A DNA stretch of 54,610 bases, counting the filler, from Diploschistes diacapsis (lineage: Eukaryota): assembly GCA_023645945.1 (NCBI GenBank). It is 4 parts of 4 records of this genome, joined end to end, with 100 filler letters (N's around TTAATTAATTAA, not from the genome) between each part and the next. Parts side by side here need not be neighbours in the genome. Positions count along the whole stretch, not along the records: positions 27,363 to 40,939 come from JALAIB010000645.1; positions 41,040 to 54,610 come from JALAIB010000646.1; 2 more parts are not named here. One strand, 5' to 3'. This document shows positions 36,696 to 47,699 of the stretch, piece after piece. A program made the position numbers and the translations under genes. How positions within the stretch are numbered: position 1 is the first letter of the stretch; the number at the start of each line of letters is the position of its first letter. The notes below the pieces were generated by a model, which worked only from the letters and a program-made list of their open reading frames with translations, was not told the DNA's origin and searched no databases.

Positions 36696-38798
36696 ATGTC
36701 GTGGATAGGCCGACGGGTTTTCGGGTCGAAGGGGTCGATAGAATCTACCCGATCAACGGCTGACAGCGAAGATGATGGCACGAGTACCGATCATACAGTG
36801 AATCCCAACAAGAGCAAGGAAACGGAAGGAGCGCTCCCCAAATACAGTGGCAAGAACCAAGCAATGGACACCCTACTTGCTAACTACGATGTGCTAAAGA
36901 TGGCAACGAAGGAGGAGCTTCCGAAGCAACGAGAGCGGACCGAAGGGAAGGAGCGCCGGAAGGATGCCCCAAATCCCATCAGGTCCGACTCCGCTCTCGA
37001 TGATCATAAGTTCTCTTCGAAGCCGGAACCTCGACGCAGAACCACAGATGTATCTAAAGAAGCAAATCCGGGGGAACAGCGAGAAGTGCATTCTGGGCAG
37101 CCACAACACAAAGGCAGCGGATACCAGAATTTCGTTGACCAACGTAGAGTCCCTGGTTCTAGCATGACTGCCAGAAGTACTACCAGCACTCAGCCTCAAT
37201 CGGCAACAAGTTCAAACTTCCGCATGATGAATCCTGGGCAAAGTGGTGGTTCTCAGCTGGACGAGCGGCAGGTGTTCAAGCGCTTCATCCGCCAAGATCC
37301 TGGCCTAGACGAAGCAGCCAGAGGCCTGGTATATGATGACTACAGTTACGGTCATCCCGCGAAAGAAAGTAGGTCAAAAGGTTACCATTGTATACCTTAA
37401 AGTAGCTAACATGGCCCAGAGCTCGAGATCCTCGGCCGTCTTACGACCCGCTCCCTTCTAAGCATCCTCCGGTTCAACCAAGACATAGGAAAAGATGTCA
37501 CAAGCGTACTGGTGGAACGGCTCGAAGCCTCGCAGTCCGACACCCGACCAGCCTACACGTCCAATCCGAAGCCGTCTGCTCCTACCAGCCGACGTACAAG
37601 CAGGACGTCTTTCGCTGCAACACCGTCCAAATCTGCTTTCTCCCCAAGCCCGGTCAAAGCTCCCCCTCAGGTCGCCCGAAATGACCCAAGACTGGACCCA
37701 GAGTTCCTACGCAGGAAAATGGAACTAGACCGCCGCCTCGGCGGAGCCTTGACCAGATGGGAAGCCAGCAGGGAGCCACGGCGGCGAGCGGACACGCTGC
37801 CGATCCGCCTCCTGCGCGAAAAAGCTAGATTCTACCCGGACATCGTCGTTCCCGAGGGTGACAGCGACGATGAGGTACCAAACCAGCCTTTCTCCAGCGA
37901 GCCAAAGGAAACAAGGGACGAGGAGGAGGACCACCGGCCCTTATCCCCGGAGCCAGAGACAAAAGCAAAGCCACCAACCCCGCCGCCGGCCGCCACACCC
38001 CGCAAGCCGCCCTCGACCCCAACCAGGCCCGTCTCCAAACCATCACAATTCATCCTCGATCTGCAAAAGGAGCTTGGCATTTATCCGCCCCAAGCCCGGC
38101 CCGCTTCGGCATTGGAACACGCTACCCCTGCTGCACAGAGTGACGAGACGAGCAGCGAGAGAGAGCGCAGCTCGTCCGACGTACAGCGCGACCCTAAGAA
38201 GACGAAAAGCAAGGGCCACGCAAGTCCCTTGCGTTTCGAGGCGACGAGCGAGGAGAGCGCCGAGGAGGGCGGCGAGGCGGATGTTGCGGAAGGGCATGCG
38301 AAGGGCGCGGGTGCGCCGGACGGGCGTGAACGAGAGGGCGATGATGGTCCCGGGGGAGAAAAAGGGGTGGAGGCAGAAGCTCCAGCGGCGATGGCAGGGC
38401 GAATGTTGGAAACGGAAAAAGCGGACATGGAAACGAAAGCTGAGGTCGGAACCGGAAAAGAAGAAGCAGCAGGAGCAAAAGGTGGAAGAGACGCAGGAGG
38501 GGACGCAGAAGTACCGACCGGGCCCTCGCTACCAAACGCGATAAAAGCGCCAGAAGTCGCGGACGATCCAGACAAGATGGACGCCGCAGACCATGTACCA
38601 GAAGTCGTTCTCACCGAACCCGAAAGCGAAGCGGACGGTGACGGTGAGGGCGAGGGCGAGGGCGAAGAGGAAGAAAAGAGTGTGGCCAAAGGCTCTGCTG
38701 GGAAGAAGAAGAGAGCGGGTAGGAAGCGGAAGGAGAGTATGGGTGGTGCGCGGGCAGGGTCGGGAGGTGGGAATGCGGGCATGAAGAGTGAAGAGTGA
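36696..38798 (+). CDS. Hypothetical low-complexity protein (about 680 aa)
   Basis: Two ORFs joined in frame by intron 37369-37419 (GTAGGT..GCTAAC..CAG). Pro-rich middle, acidic tail and basic KKKRAGRKRK end. Confidence 0.62.
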
Positions 38799-40103
38799 GG
38801 AGGGAGCGTCGGATACAGCAGTAAGGCTGAGGAAAGGGGGCGAGGAAGATGAGGGAGTAAAAGGTAATGGTTTTGAGAAATGGAGAAAAAGAGAGGAGGA
38901 TGAAGTTAGCCAGTAGTGTATGGATTCCGTATTGGGTATCATTTTTCCCCAGTACTAGAGCTGTATAGTAATGCTTGTCATCCCAGTTATTTCAGTGGAG
39001 CATAGGTAGTTACAAGTTAGTATTTACATTTCCACTTCATAAACATCAAGGGCAATCAAATGAATATAACGACTGCTTACATAGCCCCCAATCAAGTCCC
39101 CATGGCCCCTTCTCATTCCACTGCCCCTTCATCTCTCCTCCTCCCATCAAACCCATGTCCAGACATCCCCCTCAAGCCCTCTCAACCTCCCACGCAAATG
39201 CCACCGCACCTAACCCCCGTCACCCGCGCAGGTCTCTCATACGCGCAGAACCGAGCGGACAAAACGCATCCACCGCCGCCACCGCCGTGGCCGCGCCCAG
39301 CTCGCCGTGATCTTGGCCGTGATCAATCAGCAAACACCACTGTAGACCCTCCATGTCAGTCCCCATGTCCATCTCTCCTGAACCCCCATCTGGTTGCACG
39401 CCTCTCTGTCCCGTTCCCCGCCAAGCCTGTAGCTGCTGCGCGTGCCAGATCACGGCCGCCGCGCCGCGGCAGCACGTGCCCGACGAAGCGGTTGGGAGTG
39501 TACGAGAAATGGCTTTGGCGGGGTCCCGGGTCCCTAGTGCTCCGGGGTTGTGGCAGGGTGTGGTGGGGAAGAGGGGGATGATGAAGATGAAGAAGAAGAG
39601 GAAAAGGAAAAAGGAAGATAAAAGAGGAGAAGAAAAAGGGTAGGGAGAGGGGGGAAAGAAGATGGGAACTAGGAAATAGGAAACGAAGCATTGGAAAACA
39701 TCATGTATCTACCTTCGTAGATGTATTTCAACTGGGCGAGACTTCGACCCCCGGTCCCCCGGGTTTTGGCCTACTGTTCGTTATCTGCCGACGGCGAGGT
39801 ATCCGGAGAGCAAACCCTCCTGAGGAAAGAGGAAAGTAACGGGAGCTTTTTCCCGATAACTCAGCTCTCCGGCCCCCTTCCTTCCCCTTCCCATCACCCA
39901 GCCCATTACGCGGTGCGGAATTATCCCCCGCCCGCGCAACCTATCTCTTCGCCACAAAAAGCGCCCAATACATTTCCTATTTATCATATATTTTTATATT
40001 GAAAAGCGGAAACTTCGCCACACAACTCACAAACTCACACCCCGTCCCTTTTTCCCCAAGCGCCACCTCACCTCACTACCTCAAAATTTTCTCTCCCGCC
40101 GAA

Positions 40104-40473
40104 ATGTCCATCTACGACGAAATCGAAATCGAAGACATGGCCTTCGACGCGGCGCTGCAGATCTACCACTACCCGTGCCCCTGCGGCGACCGGTTCGAGA
40201 TCGGGCTCGCGGAGCTGCGGGAGGGGGAGGAGGTGGCGGTGTGCCCGAGCTGCAGCCTGATGATACGGGTGATTTTCGAGGCGGTACGTTGCATGCGAAC
40301 TTTTTGTTGTTCTTGGGGGGGGGGAAAGGACGGGATGGAATGAGGGCTGACTTTGACCGGGTTTGTAGGATAGCTTGCCGAAGCCGCCCGACGAGGAGGA
40401 GGAGGAGGAGGAGAAGGTCGAGGTTAAGGAGGGGGCAACGCAGGCGCCAGTTGCCGTTGCTGTGGGTGCTTGA
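40104..40473 (+). CDS. DPH3: Diphthamide biosynthesis protein 3 (Kti11, CSL zinc finger)
   Basis: [35 protein letters not shown]. Intron 40284-40368; TGA at 40471-40473. Confidence 0.95.
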
Positions 40474-40939
40474 AGGAGGGGGGAAGTGGCTTGGTGGGGA
40501 TTTGTTTGCGGATGAAAGATACCCTTGTTATTTGGGGCGTGGGGACGAAGCCGCTGGCCCTTACTTGACTGGAGCTGCTGCGCTCCCGAAGGCGCCGCGT
40601 GCGAGGGTGGGTGGCTGGGAAGGGAGGGGAAGTGGGAGATACGGCAAATTGCACGATTGAGGAGGAGACGGGGGGATGCAGCAAGTTGCATAGTCGAGGA
40701 GGGTGAATTCTGCTGCTTGAGCTAGTGTCGTGGAGGAGATGAAGTGTTTGCACACCAGGTCTGCTGGGAGAGCCCGAAGAAGGCAGCGTCTGTTGCTGTC
40801 AACAACCACATGGGGTCCGTCATATAGCTCCTAAACAGCAGAGCCGTAAAGCATATATTACATGCAAAACTCCCAAAGGTCCATCGTAAGCCTTTACATC
40901 CCAACAAAAGCGCCCCATGCAAGCACGGCTCTCCATCTC

Positions 40940-41039
40940 NNNNNNNNNNNNNNNNNNNNNNNNNNNNNNNNNNNNNNNNNNNNTTAATTAATTAANNNNN
41001 NNNNNNNNNNNNNNNNNNNNNNNNNNNNNNNNNNNNNNN
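40940..41039. other. Artificial contig linker
   Basis: N44-TTAATTAATTAA-N44. Confidence 0.98.
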
Positions 41040-41104
41040 ATGTTAACCTTAATAATTTAAGGTAACCGGAATCCAGGGGTGACCGAAATCCAGGTCGAAC
41101 ACGT
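41040..41104. mobile_element. Terminal fragment of a Fot1/pogo-like DNA transposon
   Basis: Minus strand reads TA|ACGTGTTCGA-CCTGGATTTCGGTCACC-CCTGGATTCCGGTTACC: an ACGT terminus, TA target site and two internal direct repeats. Confidence 0.6.
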
Positions 41105-41303
41105 TATATTAATATTCAATATTTAGGTGGTAAAAGCGCGGCGCAGTGCCTGCTCCGGAGTTAAATTATTTACTGTTGAATAACTGCGCCCAGGTGCTTA
41201 ACATTAGCAGCGGCGAAATTACATCCGGGGGCCAATGACTTTGGCCGCTGTGTAGATTAAACCACATCCAAACGAATAAAACATCGTGAACAGCAAACCA
41301 AAA

Positions 41304-42556
41304 ATGGACCTAGCAGCCCGACGTTCCTTCCTCTGTCCCTTCCGCTACCCTTCCCAATGCCTCCGATCACGCCCGGCCAGCAGCAGAAGCCTTCTCCTCC
41401 TCCTCCTTCAAGCCCGAGGCATCGGCAGCTCGGCCGTCGCGCCGCCCAAAAACCGAATCCCGGCACAGAAATCCATGAGACTCGCGATGCAGCAGCACCT
41501 GAGGGAAGTCGGGCTGCCGAACGACGTCGGCCTGATGGAAGGTACCCGAAACCCCCCCCAACCCCGACCCTTTTTTTTGGATGTGGGTTTGCGGGCGGGC
41601 GGCGCTGAACAACATTATTTCGCTAGGAACCTTCATCATGCCGACCGGCTCCAGCAGGCCGTCCCTCCTGCGCATGCCCGGGGAACGCCTGCGGCTGGAA
41701 TGGCACCGGCTCAAGTCGAGGGTGCTGGACTTCGGAAGGTACGCCTGCCTGTCTGCCTCCGCCTCCTCTTCTTCCCCCTTTTTACGACCCGGACCCCAAG
41801 GACTCGGGCTGGGCTAGGCTGGCGCCTGGGCTTGATCAAAGATGGGGTGGTGCTCGGGGGGAAATAGATACCGTTACCGATATCGATATCGATATTGACA
41901 TGGAAATTTTCCGCTACAGGATCCTTGTGTACAAGTTCGGCAACAAGCCGCGGCCCGTTATCGGGTTCCGGAACATGGCGCCCGTGGCCCAGGCGCTGCA
42001 TGCCCAGATGTATACTGCGTTTGCGGAGTGAGTTTGTTTTTTTTTTGGCCCCTCGTCGGACGGCGAAGGAAAACAACCCCCCTAAGCCCCCTGCTTGCCA
42101 TCTTAGAATTTCTTTTCCTCTCGAGGGCTGACGTTACGTGTGCTCTTTTTATATATATATAGAGGGGATCTCGCGACGCTCGATAAGATATGCGCAGACG
42201 GGCTGCGCGATGGCTTCCGTCGGCGCATCGAGCAGCGGGCCCCCGGCCGGGCCTTTCGCTGGACCCTCCATCGGTACCGACCGTGGCCGTGGACGCGGGT
42301 GGTGTCTCACAAGGCCTCAACGATTCCGAACGTTGCCGATTCGGGCCTGCGGCAGGCAGTTGTGAAGATCAGCTCTCGTCAGAGCCTAGAGAGGCTGGAC
42401 GCCAATGGCGACCCGGTTGCCGATACAGGGCGGGCGCAGGATAAGGTGGAATACGTCGTCGTGCAGCGGAAGCTCTGGGAAGGTACGGAGGAACAGTGGA
42501 TGGTGTGGGGTACGGTGGGGGAGAGTGATTGGAAGAAGGCTATCGCCAGCAACTAA
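41304..42556 (+). CDS. MBA1: Mitochondrial Mba1/mL45 (Tim44-like domain) protein
   Basis: Exons 41304-41541, 41627-41738, 41920-42027 and 42163-42556. Presequence, LPNDVGLMEGTFI, MYTAFAEGDLATL, QAVVKISSRQSL and EYVVVQR..WMVWGT. Confidence 0.78.
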
Positions 42557-42751
42557 TCGATCTATAATAAATATTCTGTATGATAGTACTGCTACCCCAG
42601 GGTATTCTAGTGTGGTTGCAGCTTCTGATGCTTCAGACCGGTCCCTAATAAGTCCAAAAGCTCTCGACAGCGCCGCATTGTTCTCCATCAAAGAATTTGG
42701 ACTCGCTTCTGATCTAGCGACTAGAGGCACGCTCAGGGAGCTCGGGGCAAG

Positions 42752-45065
42752 TTAAAAGAACTTGCCCAACTTGTGGACAGCGTCTTGGGGTTCTGGGTAT
42801 CTGTCATCCTGTATGCCGTTTGTTTCTTCATTCGAGTGATTGAATTGGGGAGGACGGTCGAAAGCATCGAAATGCCGACCTCGGACCTTTGCAACACACC
42901 ACCGAAAGCCAACACGCAACGCCAGGGCAGCAAGAGCCCAAACCAGTCCACCTACTGGCGCAGCAACGAATGCTCCTGGATGTGGGTAAGCGAGCTGGAT
43001 CGGAGTCAGAGTTGCAGAGACGAACCAAATACGCTCCAGTCGTCCGCGTACAACCCGTTTTCGAGGAGTAGGAGATTTGCTCCATCTTGTGCATCACCAT
43101 AGTAAACCGACCCGAAGATGAATACCGTCAGGAGACCGCCCAGGCCACCGACTACGACTTCAAATCCCCTCCACCAATAGAATCTATCGTTGAGGCCAAT
43201 GACGAGGACTGGAATCGAACTTGCGCTGAGGAGGTCCGATATTAGGTAGATGTTGATTACCGATGGTGATTTCAGGGCAACCACGATGACGGGTATCATG
43301 ATCAGAAGAACTGCGAGGCGGATTAACCAAAGATTCAACTTGTTGCGGAATAAGTCGTTGCTGCCGGTGGACACCATTGCCGACACGAAGCTGTCAAATG
43401 CTGAAGTGCTCAGTGCTATCGTCATAACTAGGACGATCCCAAGGACCCAGCTCGGCAATTGCCCCAGAAGAAGGAAGAAGACAATACTGCCCTCCGAGGG
43501 ATCTCCTGACCACGCCCCTGTCCAAGCGGCCAGGAGCCCGGTGATTCCAACCAAAAGAAGGATGATGGTCACGACAACAGTTGCGATACCAACACCGATC
43601 CGTAAATCTCGGTCACTTTTGGAAGCAAACGTACGCAACCAGAAACCAGAGACGAAGAAGTCGTTCGTGAGGATCGCTACTGGCAGGATATATATCAGCT
43701 GCCAACCAAGCAGGCTTGGACCCAACAAGCCAGAAGATTGAACGAGGCTGGGATCGATCCGTGTTTCAACGCCAATAGTGATGACCGCCAGGACAATTAG
43801 TCCAACCACCATGGCCCCCTGGATATTGTCGGTGATGAAGGAGATACGAAACCCTCCGAGAGCTTAATTGGTTAACCATGTTCGCAACAACCTCAAACGC
43901 AAGCTTACACGTATAAATTGCGGTGATTGCAGCCTCAATAACGAGGGCTGGGAGCCCATCCAACCCGGTAAGGGCGTAGATGATTTGCTGGAGCGCGGAA
44001 AGCTCGGCAACCATGAAAAGAAACAGAGTCATCAGCCTGTAGATTGGTTAGATAAGCTGAGGGAAAGTTTGCAATACTATCTCGCACGTTAGGATGCTAA
44101 GATAAAGAGCTGTGACCACGCCATATCTTTGCCTGGCCCATTCCGTCAAGACAAATCCCTCCGGACACTTTCTGCGGATGATCGGTCCAAGATAGGCAAA
44201 TAACAGCAGAGGAAGCGAAGAAGATAGTGTGTACACGATCAGTCCCTGTAGTCCCGCGATGATTGAGATCTGAGGGTAGGCGAAAAGGACGCTGGAACCT
44301 AGGGCTGTTGTCAAAATGAAGGGAACTTGGTCAGCGTCTGGTTCACCAAGAACGAGCTCACGGGTTTTTGAAGCGGCAGCACATTCCTCACGCAAGCATT
44401 ATCTTGATCGAGTAATCACGGTACAGTCTCAGCCTTTGCGATGAGGAGCAGCGGGTTGCAGGCTGCAGTTCCAGGAGCACCTCATCGCTCCAGCGCCCGT
44501 AGCGATGCCGCGCAGAGCAAGATACAGTGAGCACCACCTTGGAGAACGCCACGGGTCTCGCAAGGCTGCTTCCTGGCACTTGCGTCTGCTATGGATGCAA
44601 ATACGAACCTGCTTGTAGATCTCCTCCGAGATAGCCATCGTTGCCAGGCCATGTCGACTGCTTTCGCCGCTGGAATTACTGCCGCTTCTAAAAAACGACT
44701 GCGCCAGCGTCATGGCACTCACATGAAGCAATAAAGTTAAGCGCTAGAGGGAACGCTAGAGGGCAGTATCAGCAACTGTGTCTAAATATCATCTTTAAAT
44801 TAGGCTGCGCTCATGACTGCAATGGCAAAGACCTTGTAAAAGGAGTCGTCAATTCTAACCGGATTGCGTTCGGTTGCTCGCTAGGAACTCGGAGCGAGAC
44901 TGTCTTCGGAATTGCCATGAGATATAAAGGCCGAGTATGCTGCAGGTTTCAAGCATGATTAGAGCGACGCTTGATATAGCATGGCCTGTTCTGGTTGACT
45001 TACAGAAAGGCACCATATGTGATATAGATGATGGCATTTGATGCCTGGAACGATAGCTGTCCCAT
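42752..45065 (-). CDS. Sodium:solute symporter-family (urea-transporter-like) permease, NCU01977-type; putative thiamine or thiamine-precursor transporter
   Basis: Seven exons (45065-45004, 44939-44860, 44755-44723, 44304-44088, 44036-43909, 43862-43026, 42975-42752) splice in frame. Product: MGQLSFQASNAIIYITYGAFL..FLASNRTQ..PLALNFIAS..GPIIRRKCPEGFVLTEW..GGFRISFITDNIQG..GKFF*. Confidence 0.9.
44379..44509 (-). ncRNA. TPP (thiamine pyrophosphate) riboswitch aptamer in intron 3
   Basis: Minus strand: TACGG GCGCT..GCGATGAGG..CCTCATCGC..GG CTGAGA CTGTA CCGTG ATTA CTC GATC AAG ATAATG CTT GCGT GAG GAAT. It has the CUGAGA, GAUC and UAAU/GCG motifs and pairable P2-P5. Confidence 0.9.
44659..44695 (-). 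promoter_or_regulatory. Long-range anti-aptamer (alpha) element near the 5' splice site
   Basis: TTTTTTAGAAGCGGCAGTAATTCC..AAAGCA is complementary to TGCTT..GGAATGTGCTGCCGCTTCAAAAA (44398-44365), which overlaps the aptamer's 3' side. Confidence 0.8.
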
Positions 45066-45949
45066 GTTGTAAGGTCTGCTCCTTTACGTATCTAGGATTG
45101 ACAATTGCTTTTGCTTGGACGTTCTTCTCACTTCCACAAATGCTCATACGAGCTGGGTAGATGGGATAACCGAATGGGCCACGATAACGTTTCCCAAAGC
45201 GGCAGGCCCATTTTCATAACTCTTAACGCTATAACACTAGTCTAGTCTAGATACCGTAAAGTCTACAAGCTATATAAGCGCGCCAAAAAGTAGTTGCAGT
45301 ATCCCAATGCTAGTAGAGTCATCCAACTCACGGATGTTGCATCCGTTTCCATCCATAATATATAACACGCGATATATTGTCGGGCTCAAGTCGCGGGCGG
45401 TTAACTGGACATACTCGAGTGGTCCTTATTTCTATATTTCAGACTATAGCTCGAGTTTATGGCCTCTCAAAGACTTTCCCCCGCGCAGCGATATGATGTT
45501 GCACTTGGAACCTCGCCGCAATGCATCTGCCGACCGAATGTTTGTTGAGCAATTCTACGCTTTGTTCCCCTCGAGCAGATAGTTGCGACGTCACGTGGCG
45601 GCCTGTGCTCGGCGTATCTTAGTTTGTTGATCAAACACTCACATGAGAGATGTATTTATTTTTCAATCATACTGCCCCCACTACCCATGCTGGCGAAGTC
45701 AATAATACCCGAAATACGGCCTGCACAGGGCCGTTATAAAGAATGTTCATTTGATATAAGACAAGGATTAAAACCATGCCGACCATGAAGAGAACGAGAA
45801 ACGGTGTGGCGAGCACGCAAGATCCGAATCGATCGTTCAGTATCCAGCCCGAAACCAATCAATTGGACCATGAACTGTCAGCGAGACGTCAGCAGAGCGA
45901 AGAAATTGCATTGTGTTCTACTCAACATGCAACAGCTAATAGAAGTGTT

Positions 45950-47160
45950 CTGGAGGCACCATATCTTGGAGGATCTGCTGGTAATGCAGGACCCCAGCTT
46001 CAGCTCCCGACCCGGAGGAAGATTCCGGACACAGCCCAGTCAATTCGGTTTGCTATGGAGGGGGATAACGACGGTCTGGTACGTTTGTTTAGTTAAGGGT
46101 TCGCGTCTCCAAGGGAGGTGAGCGATTCTCGAGGGTTTAGCTTGGTGATGGTAGGTTTTACTATCTCTTCTCCTCCAGATTTTATTTCTTATGTTAACTG
46201 GGAGAATGCTGATAATATTATTAGTGGGCTCTTTACGGCGGAACGCGGAATTATAAAACTGTCCAGTTTCAGCTCAGTTTGGGGGCGTTCGTGGATGAAG
46301 AGTAAGTATCAAGTAACGTCAGCTATGCTGACAAAGCTACTGGCTAATAATCACCCGATCCAGTTCGTATGTCCATGTATGGGATTATGCATATCGCAAA
46401 AAATTGCTGCTCTACGGAGCTGGCCGAGCTTCAATGCATCACATTAAACCCACCAGGCATATACACAAGGACTGGGTCGAGGAGCAGCAATTTCCCCTGA
46501 TCCATCAGATTATCTTTGGCCGATCCTCGAAGCTGCTCAGTGCCGAGCTTGACAGCAACGGACGCCGTTCGTGTCGCGGACGCCATAGACAGCACCGCGC
46601 TTGACTGGGCCACGGCCAGGGCCCAGTTGTCTGACATAAGGCTTCTGATCGACCGCGGTTCCCCTTGGACACGATGGACGTCAGCGGCCGCACTACAGTC
46701 CTGCACGCAGTCGGCAACTATAACAACGATGCTCTCCGCATCCTTTTCGAGGCCGGCGCCAATTTTAACCCTAAAATGCCGAGAGGTCTGTTCCGTAGCA
46801 GCCCGCTTACTGCGGTTAGCTTTAACGGTTTAGCGGGGATAATCAAGCTGTTTATTAAATTCGACGTCGAGACCGACGCCGGAGGGACGGACAGCGCTAA
46901 AGGCCGCTGTTAGTATACGTAATATCGAATGTGCGGATATTCTAATTAATTATGGCGCCGACTTAAGCTACATATCGAGTAAAGAATTCTCACCGCTTAC
47001 GACGGCGATAATTTATAATAATTACGTTATGCTGAAGTTTTTTATCGACCGGTGCGATATCAGCCGTTTATAATGATTCCGGCTGCTGTTTATTATAACC
47101 GACCCCGCGGACGCGGAGACGATATCGATTTTCGCGTTATTAGGCCTGTTTAAGTAGACT
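45950..47160 (+). pseudogene. Ankyrin-repeat protein pseudogene
   Basis: RRKIPDTAQSIRFAMEGD..LFS*GFASPREVSDSRGFSL-WALYGG.., TALDWATARA, GRTTVLHAV..LFEAGAN, SSPLTAVS. In-frame stop at 46094, several frameshifts and TpA enrichment. Confidence 0.75.
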
Positions 47161-47699
47161 TTACTGAACGGGGACGGTTTCGCTGCTGGTTATTGAATTT
47201 TTTAGTCGCGAAGCGATTATGATGAGAAATTGGGTAACGTATTCGAGGACTTCTGTCGCCAGGATTAACGAGGAGATAGCCACCTTCCGCACGACGGATG
47301 ACTGTATCGAATCCGGGCGGGGCGGTAGTGCTCCGGTATCGTATTTTGACACTGAGAAAATAAGTTCAGGGTGGCAAATTGTTGGTCATAGATAAAATTC
47401 GAATGTTTCCAGGCCAAGTCTTTGCGAATCTTAGCATCATACCCCCTCCTTACCCTCTTTTTATTTGATTATTACCGTTGTTAACCGCGGGGGGTCGTTG
47501 GCATCGTTTCTGAGACAGACTTCCTTTACCGCAGCCCTATTGTATGTACCTCCACGGTAGGCACTTGCTTCTTGACTATCGGGGCCCAACGGGTACCTCA
47601 TCGGGCCAAAAGCTCTTATACACTGCATCTAAATATGGCAAGGTGCAGTAGGTGATTAAGATTATTCAATCATTTATTCATTTGGTAAACTGCTTACGC

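Noticed and set aside
39440..39460. TGATCTGG on the minus strand as a second TPP aptamer
   Set aside because: Lacks the CUGAGA and UAAU..GCG elements.
31599..45065. Apparent transporter cluster (purine permease, YeeE, thiamine-regulated symporter)
   Set aside because: The symporter is on a different contig, so the linkage is an artefact of concatenation.
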